The notes beneath the pieces are model-generated. The model worked only from the letters and a program-made list of their open reading frames with translations, was not told where the DNA came from and ran no database searches. This document shows, piece after piece, positions 28,212 through 40,712 of a stretch of DNA of 64,000 nt; the first letter of the stretch is position 1, and every line of letters starts with the position of its first letter. The translations under genes were made by a program, and so were the position numbers. Origin of the DNA: Balanoglossus misakiensis (taxonomy: Eukaryota; Animalia; Hemichordata); contig CM082579.2 in NCBI GenBank assembly GCA_040954595.2, forward strand, positions 4,143,227-4,207,226, given 5' to 3'.

Positions 28212-31200
28212 TTAGTCTTTTCTTGATCTCCTCTTCCTTGTTCTGCAACCGGGAAGGAAGGAAAGACAAAATATTGTTATGTACATGTATAACAATTGGG
28301 AAAGGCAAGGGTGTAATTCTGGGAAAGGCAAGGGAATAATACTGGGAGGGACATACGGAATGGCCACTGAAATTGTGAAACCATTAGTCATATCCTGCTT
28401 CGTCAAAAGCAGTCAAAACATATTTTATAGATATGACATACCAAATATTTAACATTTCAGGAGGAAAAATGTCCACTCCACAGTGAAATGTCTGCCAGCT
28501 CCAACACCATGTTTTCAATGAGATATTTTTTTGTTTCCTAAAACCATTCTCCCCTTTATGAATTGACAAACCATGAAGTGTCCTGGCCTTGACAAACTGC
28601 TTAGTTACTCTCACATTGAATCGGTATGCGCTTTGTTTTGCGTCTACTTTTCTGGGGTGGGGTCTGCAAGATTACATGAAATCTGGCAACTCTGACATTC
28701 CTGCCATGATACAATTGTCAAACTGACACCGGCACATGTCAAGACATTGGCATAAGCACACTGACCTGGGCCATGTGGTGACATAGATACCATACACAAA
28801 AATGTCTCAATGACCTCGACACATAAAGATTCAACTTCAACTGACCAATAAATGCCAGAACTTCTTGTGCCACACCCATGGGCTGATACTTCAATAAAAC
28901 AGTTTTACTTTGGAGAATTATAGAAGGGCACAGATTAAAAACGTCAGAGTCAAACATTGAATACTAGGACCCCACATTCTTTGTCCACACAGGAGCATGG
29001 CGCATGATTAAGCAGAGTGTCTCTGATTCTGAATTTGCTATACATAGTAGAATTTGGTCACACTGACCTTTCCACAGAGCTACGTCACACTGACCATGAC
29101 ACACATACTGATCTAGCTTCACACATCAAGACATATACTGACCTTGGTGACAGATCTTCCTCTGCTGCTGCTTTCTGTTCATCTTCTTCCTTAGCCTCAG
29201 TTGTGTCATCCTTATCGTCTCCACCCCCACCCTCATCTTTTTCTACTTCCTCCTCCTCCTCAGCATCCTCTTCATCCTCCTCCTCTTCTGCTTTCTTATC
29301 CTGTGACCACACCACACAATTCATCGTCAAAATATGGGTCTTTTTGAATCTGATACTTGCATCTCAACACACTAAACATCACGGCCATAAAGTCACCATC
29401 CTCAGAAAAACCACGGCCATGTCCAGGTCTGGGCATCGAACCCACAGCCCTCCGATTGTGAGTCCAGTACCCTGACCACTAGGCCTCCTATTACTTTCTG
29501 CTATAGTTATAACATGACGTCAGCAGCAGATCAACGTGAAAGGAATACCCCTATACTAACCTGAGTTGCTTCTAAATCTGCTTTACTGGGTTTCTTCGTC
29601 CCTTTATCTTCTTCTTCTTCGTTGTCTTCATCTTCTTTCTCCGGTTCGTCATCGGGGCTCGCCGCGTCGGTTTTCTTCGGATGCTCCGTAGATTTGCTCT
29701 GCAAACAGAGAGGAAAGGGGAAGCTGTGACATAAACTGACAAGGGCATCCATCTAACGAACTGAAATCAGTGCAAGTCTCGCCAAATAAAATGGACATCA
29801 TGATAGCGTTCATTTTCCTCACCTTTGGGAACAAGTAGCTGAAGCACAAGGCAATGGGAATGATGACCACCAAGCCATACACGGCCCACAACCAAGGGCG
29901 GTCCTCTGTGGCTCCAACTAGGCTGCCTACCACACTCTCCTGTGAAAAAAACCCAGAAAGGATACATGACAATACATCATTTTTTTGCTTATTGTAAGCC
30001 ATCACACAAAAGAGGTAGACAAGTACATATTAATACCGAATTATATTGTAGCAATGCAACTTTGTTGGCGAATAGACTTCAAATCAACCAGACACATTTC
30101 AGGGTGAGCAAAATACCTGGGATTTGGCGGCATTCAATTTATTTGAACAAAAATGACTGATTATACAGCCTAGCAACCAAACAATGCACCCATATGAATC
30201 GTACTGTATTTTAAACAGGCCTATATATTAAACAGGCCAGTATATTAATTTCATGGTGTTTGCCAGCTTTATCTTTCGCACGATTACCGTTATGTATCTA
30301 AATTCTTGAGTAGTGAAAACTGATTGCGTAAAAGGTCTAAAAGTCACGTAACAGCAATTAATTTGAACGCCGTCGTGACAGCTGATTCGATCTAAGATGC
30401 AGACGATAAAAAAAGAAGCATTACTCACTCCGGAAATCTTGGCACCTTCGGCCTCACTCTTGACCAGCCAGGTCTGCTCGGCCCATTCCTCGGCGGTCGC
30501 TCGGTCCGTGGTCACCAGGAAGTTGTCGAAAAGGATGCCGTCCGACATGGACCACAACTCCAGACTCACAGCGCTCTAAAATTGAAATTGAACAAGGAAA
30601 AATGAATCCACGCATTTCAGGGAAACACGTCTTATCGCTGGGTATCGGAATAATTCACTTTATCAGTACATTTTGTGTTGTATTAATATCAAATTCAAAG
30701 TGGAATTGAATTGAATTGAGCTGACTGGACTTGAACTTACAAATGGCGCCATCTTGAATGGATCCAAATCCTCGAAGAAATCTGGATTGGATATTCTGCG
30801 CGGGCTCCATTCACCCTTGTAGTCTGCGTTGTCTATCATGGGTGCGTGCCATTTGCCCTTGAACTCTGGGTTCTTGATCATGGGGGGACTCCACTCACCA
30901 CAGCCTGGATCACACGCTGGATTCTCTGTCGACACGCAAACCAGAAGCGCATGTTATAGCCAAACACCCCCATTTACCGGTACATGGGTCCAACCAGACC
31001 GCTGAACACATTGGGGTTAGACCAAACTGGGATGTTCATAAATTATTGGTTTATCAATTAAATTACGTCACTCTTACCTATCTTTGGTGCCTCCCATTCA
31101 CCGTCCATTTCATCATCCCTGCAATTGAAAAACATCGACTTGATTAACTGGCTTGTCACACATCATGCCAGCACAGGATCTGTGCCATGAAACTGCTAGA

Positions 31201-34200
31201 GTACTAATGAAGTCATATTGTATGCCACAATGTCATGTACCCAACGAGACACACAATTAAGGCAAATGGAACACACACACACTTCAGGCAAAACTCATCC
31301 TAATGAGCAATGACTCAACCAATCCAGCCACATGCACAACAGCATGTCCTCTCCCACCTCATGGCAAAAATCAAAGGATGGCAATGTCTTCCTTGCCTTG
31401 CCGAAAGGACCAACTTACCAATCTTCGGGTTTCTCTGCATCAGGGTCATCTATAAACTCCGCTTCGTCGTCAAGCCAACCTTCCGGCTTCTCGGCATTAG
31501 GGTCTGGGATTTCCTTGGGTGCATCCTCATTCCAATCGTCTGGTTTGACTGCTTCCGGATCGGCAATCCTACAAAACAGGAATTAAAAAAAATATGTTCA
31601 CACACACAATAAACCCTTCTGTCATCTCTGTATGTTTTTTTCACTAAATGCCACATAATCTGTACAATAGAGAGAAATAAATGTACAGTTTCTCAGTCCA
31701 AGTGTTCTTGCGCTTTGCTTGCTCTCACAAGACATATATTTTTCATTGATGTGTATGTGTACATGTGTGTGTGCACATGTGGGCATGTCTTATACATGCA
31801 CTAGCGCGTCAAACTCACTTCTTTCTGTCATCCCAGTCTGACGGCTTCTTGTCTTCTGGGTCATCAATCTCTGCTGGAGGATTTACGGGCGGACTGCATA
31901 AAAGCACAAAGGTTGGGTGACATCAGTATTCATACACATTGAAAGTTGGATTTCCATTAGAATGAAAGCATTGACCTGATCATGTTGATGGATGTGAACA
32001 GTGGCCATTTACCTTCGGGGGCATAGGTCGAAGCCAATACTGGTCTCTATGCAAAACTAAATCAAAGGGCCTTCAAATCAAACTTAACATTCTTTATACT
32101 ACCAGCATGCATCGTTTGTTCCTAACAATAGCAGTTACTGTTGCTTATATTTTAATTCAGACAAACAGCAACAGTGGTAAATTTCTGTTAAAACAACACA
32201 CCAGTTTTATGTGGAATCAACAGGAATTTTCTCACGCTTTCTTGGACAAAAGATTAGAAAACAGATAAATGAAGAAAATAGTTGTGATGAATTTCTACTA
32301 AATTTAACTGAGACTGGATCCATGTAGGGGGGCTGGCCATTACAGCCAAACGCGATGTTGGCCATTTTGAAACCTGATCGTACAGCTGAACTGAGTGTTA
32401 ACAATCATAAACACTTACGTGACATCACTGAGTAAGCTACCAGAGTTGACGCTGGCTTGGTCGACCAGTACTTCGAAGGTGTTATCTGGGTTGAGAACTG
32501 AAGATGCATGAAAAAAGAAAAAATTGGTTTCATGTTTATAATGATTTATATAAATTTTTATTTTGTTTTTTCCTGAACTCTTGAAATAAACTCTGATACC
32601 ATGTACCACATCTACCAATAAAGTAGCATCAGGCAGACCTGAAACTGTAATTATTAGGGTCCTTGAAAATTAAATAGGGGTTATTTTTATTAAGCAGTAT
32701 TTTAAATTACCATGCTAGAATTACATTTATTTTTAGCGCAACATTTTCACGAGTGAAGAGCATATGGTATTCATATTACAGATATTGCTACAAGGAAATT
32801 ATTATTCGTCTGTTCAGTTAATGTTGAAATTTTAAAAGGAAATACTTGTTCAGTTCCTTTTAATTAAATGTGGGGGAGGGGACTGGAACATGAACAAAGC
32901 TATCAACATGTGAGTGTAATGTGAAAACTCAAACTATAAATTCTCTCACACATTTTGACACTTTTGTTCACTGCAGAGGGGAGGGGGTTTGAGGTCAAAT
33001 AAATTCAATTTTCTCTGGTGCTGGCATGTTTTAATTATCCAGCGCCATTTACGGTATTTGCCGTTGATTAGCACCAGCAAAAGTTGGAAAACTTTGGCAT
33101 CCTGCCAATGTGCGAACTGCCAGTCAAAATATTATTTTTGAAATGGCTTGGTAAAATATATCCAGAAAACCAGTTGCACCGATTTAAAATGGCCTTTCTA
33201 CATACGAACAGACTTGTAACCCATCAATATAAAATTTAATGACCCATGAGGCCTTGAAAAAAAGTGTGTTTCCAGTAACCCGACCTACCCCTATTTTCAC
33301 CCAACCCCCGCTAACCCCACCCTAGACTTGACTAAAAAAACTCATGAGATTAAGTGAAAAGTTGAAATTCAAGGATGATATCAATAACATCACACAGTTA
33401 AAAAAACTACGGGTTCAACCATCTTAAAGTAAAATACAGTATATGTGAAAGGTGTTGCAGGAAACACAATTTTTTTTTAGTTTGGCCTGATTAAGTACCA
33501 CCTGACGTGGTTCTTAATCATTTGTCATCTGACAGACTGCACTATCAGAGAGTACATTTTAAAATTAAAACCAAAATAGTCCTTCACATATAATGGTACC
33601 CCTATCTTTTCTATATATTGTTTTCTAATTATAATGTAAACTTGAACAGATGTTGATCAGCCAGACACTAAGAAACCATATCCATCATGTAAATCCGAGT
33701 GAAACATTTTGTAGCTCTGTAGTCCAAATAAAAGGCAGACAATCCATCCAATCCATTCTTTAGGGCGGTACCCCAGGGCAAATGTTTCCAGGGTTCCCTC
33801 TCTTGTTAGTATATCAATGCAGCCATCATGAAGATTTAATGGTCTGAATGTCAAAGATTCACTTATCACAGATCCATCTATTTTATATGGTGGTTTAGAA
33901 ATTAGATCTTCTAGTAAAAATAATATTATGCTGAAATTTAAGTCTGAGGTGTTCACTTTCAATTAGAGCACATTTGGAATTTCTGTGTCCTTGATGTATT
34001 GACCACTGAGCTACAAGTGTAGATATTGGCAAGATAATACAGCTTACATGAGGTAATTGTTTCCTGAATGTACTCAGCTTGTTTCAAATTCAAAGGAGGA
34101 GAATTATTAATTACCATATCAGGTATAGGTATATTGGGTTTCACACCAATTAATAAGGGTTCACAGACATGTAAATTGAGAAAATATGGCCTTGGTCGAG

Positions 34201-36944
34201 AGTTAGTGATACAGAGTCTGGCCTGAAACCAATATGTCAAATGCAACTTTGAAATATGTGAAGTATTCCTGTCAGTTTTAATTTTAAGGAAAATTGTACG
34301 GCCTTGAATTACTGAAATAAAGATCACTATTAGAAATACATGTAAGAGAGGCACACATCCGAGAACAGAACAGAACAGCAAATGTAAAGATCGCGCCAAC
34401 TCTACCTCTGATTTTAATAGAGGGCAATGCCTGAAAACCCAGGACACATTGAAAGAGCAATAATAGTTCTGAATCCAATCTAAATGGTTTATTCTTACTT
34501 AAGGTGTACAGATGCGTTTTCTTGTCAGTGAACAGTTTGCTGATGTCACCAGTCGGTTTCTTGGCGTGCTTCTCCTGAAAAGCGACGAGGTACGACGATG
34601 ATTAGCAACAAGCCCCAAAACATCACTCATCTTTTGTTAATTTCACTTTTCTGCACTTTTCAAGGCCTTTTCTAGAGTGCATGACCCCCTGGTCACTCTC
34701 TTTAAACTTTATCACATGAAATAGCATGTCAAGCTTACTGCACTTTTTATACCACCACCACCACCAACATCATCAATCATCAGCAATCACTTGGGTCAGT
34801 GCTCAAGGGTCAATTGAGTCCATACATTGTAAAAAAAAAATCAGAAGTTGTTGCCACCACAGTGGATGTACTACAAAGTACCCCAAATTCTTTGATTTAC
34901 ACCACAATGAATTATCTCTCCAACATGTATTAACACGTTAATCACCTTTAATAATTATAAAGTACATCTACTTAAAGTGCACTTAGATGTTACAATGAAC
35001 GTCTCAAAGCAACTTCAAAAGGTAGAGATGTAATGGCTGGACTCGAGTGCAGACTGGCACTTAACTGCAAGCTGCCAATCTCAATCTTTTCATGAGTAAA
35101 CAATGCACAACGTGTCTACAGGAGGTTACCGGTTATTAAAATAACCTTAAGAAACAAAAGGTCACAATACTGGAGACAATCTGTATTTTTAATATTTTTA
35201 ACTTGCCAAAGCATACTTCATTACAGAATTAGCTCAAGGTAGCACCACACTGCCCATATTTCTCCCTACACATCTAACCTCTGACCTTAAAGGTCACACA
35301 ATCTGCATGTGTTGAAAAACCAGTATAAATCACTATGAATCATGGGATATCTCCAACACGGTGTGGCACTGTAAGGGTTCCACTTGAGGGCAGACTGGCT
35401 TCACAAAATCAGGACAACGGGAACCGGCGACACTTACCTCGTACTCGCCTGTCTTGGGGTTCTTGTGTTGAAAAATAAAATGCAGCTGCAAAAAGAATGG
35501 AGACGTGTGATTATGTCTTGGGGAAATTCAAACAATGTAGCATTTGGGGGGCGGGGTTATTCTGCAAGGTAAGAAATGTTGAGGCCACCTCTACAATGAA
35601 TAGGTGGTTCAATAATCTATCATGCTCTTGAATTTCTGTGTTAAATCTGGATTTTGTACCCCATCTATCATATTTCACAATGGACACCTGTTGTGTGTCT
35701 GTCATACTAACATTCTTTTAATTACGGTAGAATTCTTTCTACACTCGACGCCAGAGGGCGCTCTTGAAGCTAGCTTTATGTCATGGACCTTTCACTTTCA
35801 ATCAACCCACCTTGGAATCTTGTCCACATTTGTCGGGTCCAAACATGATAGAGTATCTTGTTTTGTCATGGACTTCTCTCTGAAAGATGAAAATGAAATC
35901 AGCACAATTGAGACACTGGTTTGATAACCAAAGCCACCCCACATTACACACTGAAGGCCTACATCAGTATATGTATATCATGATTAAAGCCCCAGTTACA
36001 ACTAACTTATGACTATTTTTTCAATGTACAAGTACTTACCAGGGTCAGGTCTGTGTCATCTGCCAACAACTTAATGTATGCCCCTCCACATTCCTGCCCA
36101 TTCTGGAATTGCACCTCATATTGTACAATCAGAGGATCCTCATCAAACACAAAGGGCTTGTCTAGAGCGGCGCTGATGGCATGGTGCTTGGCTCGACTCT
36201 GGAACACAAAATCACAACATGTCAGTTTCAGGCTTGCACATGCCCTCAAATGATGAACGTGGTCCTACACTCAAGCAGTGCTTTTTATGAGAACATGGGC
36301 TAATCCCAACATGGAATCTACACACCATTTGCAAGTCTGTTAGTGATAGTAATCTGCTGCCCTTACCTTCAAAACCAACCCTAAATCGCCGGCTAGGACT
36401 ACTTTCTCTGGTTCTTCAAGCGACCATTTGCCATCATACTTTGCAATGTCATCAGCTACTCCATCCTTAGTGGCTTTTGATGTTACCCACCTGAAAGAGA
36501 GTACACACAAAAATACAGTGACTGTCGTTTTATGTAGTGAAGAATAGGGACAGGTGGGCAGGGGACTAATATCTGGTGCTGTAACTGATGTTTGGTACTA
36601 GAACACAAGGCAAACATTGAAAAATAATTACGACAAAAATACAACTACTGTTCATTCATTCAATCATACAGGCGTGTTATGGTAGCTTACTTCAGATTGA
36701 AACCTTCCGCGGTCAGGAAAGGTTCTTTGAAATGAGCGGGTCCAGAAACAGACGGTGCCGAGTACACCTTTGGTGTTACGGTCACCGGTGTAGGTTCTTC
36801 CTCTTCCTCTTCTTCAGCCACTTCCACATCAAGGTCGTCAACATCATCACCAAAGTCATAGTCGTCCTGTGAGCGGACGCCAGGTACGGTGGTGTAGAGT
36901 AGAAGCGTCGCTACACATAGCGAAAGTAGCACTAGTCTGCCCAT
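28212..36944 (-). CDS. CANX: Calnexin (16 coding exons, ~616 aa)
   Basis: Exons 36691-36944, 36367-36490, 36040-36198, 35811-35879, 35438-35485, 34499-34574, 32419-32497, 31819-31893, 31419-31568, 31078-31118, 30741-30925, 30429-30575, 29823-29939, 29561-29698, 29143-29300 and 28212-28242 give an intact frame. It has a signal peptide, [21 protein letters not shown]-domain repeats ([37 protein letters not shown]), LELWSM..GILFDNF, a TM helix, an acidic tail and C-terminal [12 protein letters not shown]. Confidence 0.97.
29420..29487 (-). mobile_element. tRNA-derived SINE head (Pol III A/B boxes) in a calnexin intron
   Basis: Minus strand reads AGGCCTAGTGGTCAGGGTACTGGACTCACAATCGGAGGGCTGTGGGTTCGATGCCC, an A-box (GGCCTAGTGG) and a B-box (GGTTCGATGCC) at tRNA-like spacing. 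Stems are imperfect, so a SINE or pseudo-tRNA is more likely than a functional tRNA. Confidence 0.65.
33250..33487. mobile_element. PIF/Harbinger-like MITE (~238 bp) in a calnexin intron
   Basis: Imperfect terminal inverted repeats: GGCCTTGAAAAAAAGTGTGTTTCCAGTAAC on the left, and GGCCAAACTAAAAAAAAATTGTGTTTCCTGCAAC as the reverse complement of the right end. Both ends are flanked by a 3-bp TGA duplication (33247-33249 and 33488-33490). No coding capacity. Confidence 0.75.
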
Positions 36945-37854
36945 GCTCAAAGGTCACTCACTCTCACTGAAAATAAAGAAGTGCGAAATGTCATTATAGA
37001 TGACGATTTATCAAGCATAAAAGCCTATTTTGATTAAGGTTTTTGCCAACTACATAGCCCTTTTATTGTAATGAATACTTTATAAATAATTAATGACTAA
37101 ATGTGATTTCAGCCATTCATGTTTTCAGACAAAGGCCATTGCATCCATCACTGTAAATTTTGTAGACAAATCAATTTGCACTTTCATTCATATGGTAAAA
37201 TTTGGCTTTTGTTTCAGTGAGACCTTCCCTAATTAACTTCCCAGAGCTATTCTTTACAACACTAGTCCACATATAGCTATTTACTATTTATATAGAAAAT
37301 ATGCTACAGTGTAGCATGGAGATTATAGCCACAGTTCAGTAGTCTGGAATCAAGACCCAGTGTGTTTTAGATGTGAGTCTATCTAAAACATTGGGTCTGA
37401 ATTCCAGTCTGGCAGTTTAGTAGCTCGAGCTTTTGCCTTGGGTTTTGTTTGCCATGTAACACACAAACCAAGCCGAAACCTCGAGCTACTGAACTACAGC
37501 TATGATCATTGATGAGCTTTGTTTCCGCTGGGCCACACGACGTACGACCGACTGTGGATGATGACAAATTCGAACCTTGGATGCAAAACTTATGGAATTT
37601 TCGTCTTGTTGTGGGCGTGCAAATATACGAAAGAAGCTACTACCAAACTTCGAATAATACCAATCAGGGTACATGTACATGTACTTCGATGTATGTAGTC
37701 CACCATTTGAATCACGCCAACTTAATTGCATGCTCATTTCTTGCGGTGAACTGCACAGTCACATGTACGGAAATTGAAGAAATGCACACCATACGTCAAA
37801 ATAAAGCAGGCTGTGGCAAACTGAGTTAAAATATGCTATTGATAAGAAAATTAC

Positions 37855-37974
37855 CTTTTCCAAGTCGGTCACCTTTCCCTTACTCCGGTATAACACAAGG
37901 AATTACTCGGCAAAACCTAAGGCAGCTGACTCAATTAGCCGGGTCACCTGAAAAACGTGGACGCTCCTTACTGG
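37855..37974 (-). promoter_or_regulatory. Calnexin candidate non-coding first exon plus ERSE-like element
   Basis: Minus-strand donor AAG|GTAATT at 37855/37854 could pair with the acceptor at 36967-36968. CCAGT-N9-CCACG lies at 37956-37974 (ERSE consensus CCAAT-N9-CCACG). Confidence 0.55.
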
Positions 37975-39029
37975 CGAACGGTACGCTGAGCATATTTTTA
38001 CCATTGTAAAATGTGCATTCGGAATGCATTGTAAAAACAATGTACTAGTATTTAACCACAAACGTAAATCTAGCTTGTCATAAACATATTGGAAAATTAA
38101 TAATTTAATAGCAATAGTAAGAACATTTACATTCTAAGGGAAGCTTTGCACCAGTGCAGAAAATATCTTGCGAAAGGTAGACGAAAAAGGTTACTAAGGA
38201 TTTAGCAGCGTTATTCATTTGTTGCCCATAATTGAACGTAGGTGGCGCCATCATAATGACTCCGTTCCTGTTCAGACATGGATCAGCCAGTGACTCCAAT
38301 CTCTTCTTCAACTAATCACTTTCCAGCGCGTGAAGGTTAAGGTTATCTGAACATTGACTCCCGTCCGATACAGATCTCACCATAGGTACACAAACGGCTT
38401 CGGATGCCACGGGTACACTTTTAGCACTTCCAAATTAAAGTGCCAGAAATACAGACGCTGAGACGCAAAGTAACCCTGCGTACTGTTTCGTTGACAGACA
38501 AGAGACCAGAATGAAACAAGAATAATATGCTTGGTGTATAATATTAAAACGTGATTTGAAAATCCGGCACACACTTTATCTGTACTATCTGTTTACTCTT
38601 ACGAATCATTAACTCGCCGTCGATTCTAGTTGTGTGAGTCGAGTGTTCACTCAAATCGGCCGCGAATTCTTACGGTTTTTACTGTTATCAACGGATCAAT
38701 TTTTGTGCGATTATAGTTACACGTTTTTTCCCACCTCGGACACATAATTTCAAGTTCACTGCACATATCTGTGGATGCTTGCGTGTGAGCATATCGATTA
38801 CGATCGAACTCCCAAAAACAATTGAATATGATTATTGGCCTATAGGGCCTAGTAGTAGCGTGTGACAAGGCCGCCTTCGGGTCAAACTACAATCAATAAG
38901 TCATGGAACTTGCTGTTAAAATTTGACAGGAGTGCCGATCTTGATGCTAGATCACAACGAATTCCGCGTATTCTAGCTGTCATACCTGTACTAAATTCGC
39001 ATGCGCAAATGGGACAAACCACTCACTAG

Positions 39030-39094
39030 AGAAGCGCGAGGCGAAATCGGAGCAACACTGGAAATTGGTCGTCTGCGGGGCCCGAACCTGAAAG
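39030..39094 (+). other. Candidate non-coding first exon of the transmembrane adaptor-like gene
   Basis: CpG-rich patch ending in the strong donor AAG|GTAAGA at 39094/39095, with a downstream acceptor TTTTTGTATTCCAG ending at 40676. The start position is approximate. Confidence 0.45.
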
Positions 39095-40712
39095 GTAAGA
39101 CTCGTGGTAAGAGGCGTAAGCAATACCCATCACAGAGTTGCTGAGAGTGAGAGTGAGAGTTTGAATAGGAGATTGCAAATAAAGGGGTGGTGACCACAAG
39201 TTAACGCGTTAGGAGGGCGGACACATTTTATGGTAACATGTACTTCATCTTGGGGGCGAGACTCACTACTGACGTGTGTTATCACAATACATGTATTAAC
39301 AAATATGTCAGCAAATTGCAAAACTGTTTGCGTGACATGGCACGAACTTTACAGGCAAATTGACGTAAAACATGCTTGGAGATCTCCACTATCTGATTGT
39401 GCCTTTAGGAAATATCGCATCATCGTCAAACCCGCACGACTTGGCTAGATCGTCCTGGGTACAGTCAGAGTTACTGTAAGATAAACATAACCGCAACTCG
39501 TATGCATTGTATATCCATGGTGGAGATGTTCAAATTGTGGCAATTCTTAACAAATTAAAACGCCAGACACCTGTTGATATAATTAAGGTATAGTGTCCCT
39601 CATGGAATATATCTTCCGAGACTAGCAATCGTTGATCTCTTGCTGCAAAAAAAGGAGACACTTTTCTTATAAAAGTTCGGAAAATCCATTGGTTTATTAC
39701 GTGGATACAAAAAATTGTGTATTTTACTGCTGAACTATTTGGAAATAATCTCAAGTCTTTACTGGAACTCTGGGGGAAGCGAAAGACCCGTGAAATATCA
39801 ATATATTTCTAAGATAAGCTTAACCCTTGTTTCGAAACGATAACATTGGTGCTGCGGAATATCGTTTTCCTGAATATCAAATGTACTTGATTTTTTTGCC
39901 CAAGGGTCTACTTGTCTGAAGTGTATCATTGATCTCGATGCCTTATCTAGATTTTTGACAACCTCTTTTCGTTTCACCGACAGCTATCAAGAGCGACTCG
40001 GAAGCGAAACAAACGATTGAGTTCACATTGATACTGCACTACCCTAAAGTTTTCGTTGAAATGATAAATATGCCATTGCACGTATAAATTGATTTGAAAG
40101 TTGATTTTGTCCTCGCCAATTTTCAAAGCGACTTTTCAAAGCTGACAAAGTAAAGATTCGGAATATTGTTTCTGTGAATAATGAATGTGTCCAGCATGGA
40201 AAATTGTCTAACATTTCAAAGTGCAAAGTTAGGCTTTCGAAATATGTATGCAGTAGTCTACATTACGCACAGACGTAGGGAAGTAAAACGGAACCGTCAT
40301 AACAACATTATCGCTGGTAAAATTGTTGTTATGAAACTTCCACTATTAAGGAAAACACTGCGGGACCGACTGAGCATATATATTCTAATGGACAGGTGTA
40401 CATGCCTCCCTGGTCGGGCGTACAGGATAATCGGCATAATAGATGATTTTCATGTAGGACTGCACACACTTGCTTGTGCTCGAGTTATTCAGGAGTAATA
40501 TACTGAAGAATAACAGAGCTCATATGACATGATACACATAAGAATATAAAGTTGGGCGATTTTCAATTGTACTGTTACTCGAGTACAGCTCGCATTTTTA
40601 TCAACTGTGTCGACACGATTCCAACATACTAAGATGGTTCGATAAACTGATATGCATGTCTTTTTTTGTATTCCAGAAACAAACTCGGACAAAATATTCC
40701 CCGCGCTCATCA

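Noticed and set aside
29420-29487. Functional tRNA gene
   Set aside because: Anticodon and acceptor stems do not pair properly; better explained as a SINE head.
40656-40712. ORF-track start of the 1108-aa protein (MSFFVFQ...)
   Set aside because: This segment overlaps a polypyrimidine tract and AG acceptor ending at 40676, so the ATG at 40713 is the more plausible start.
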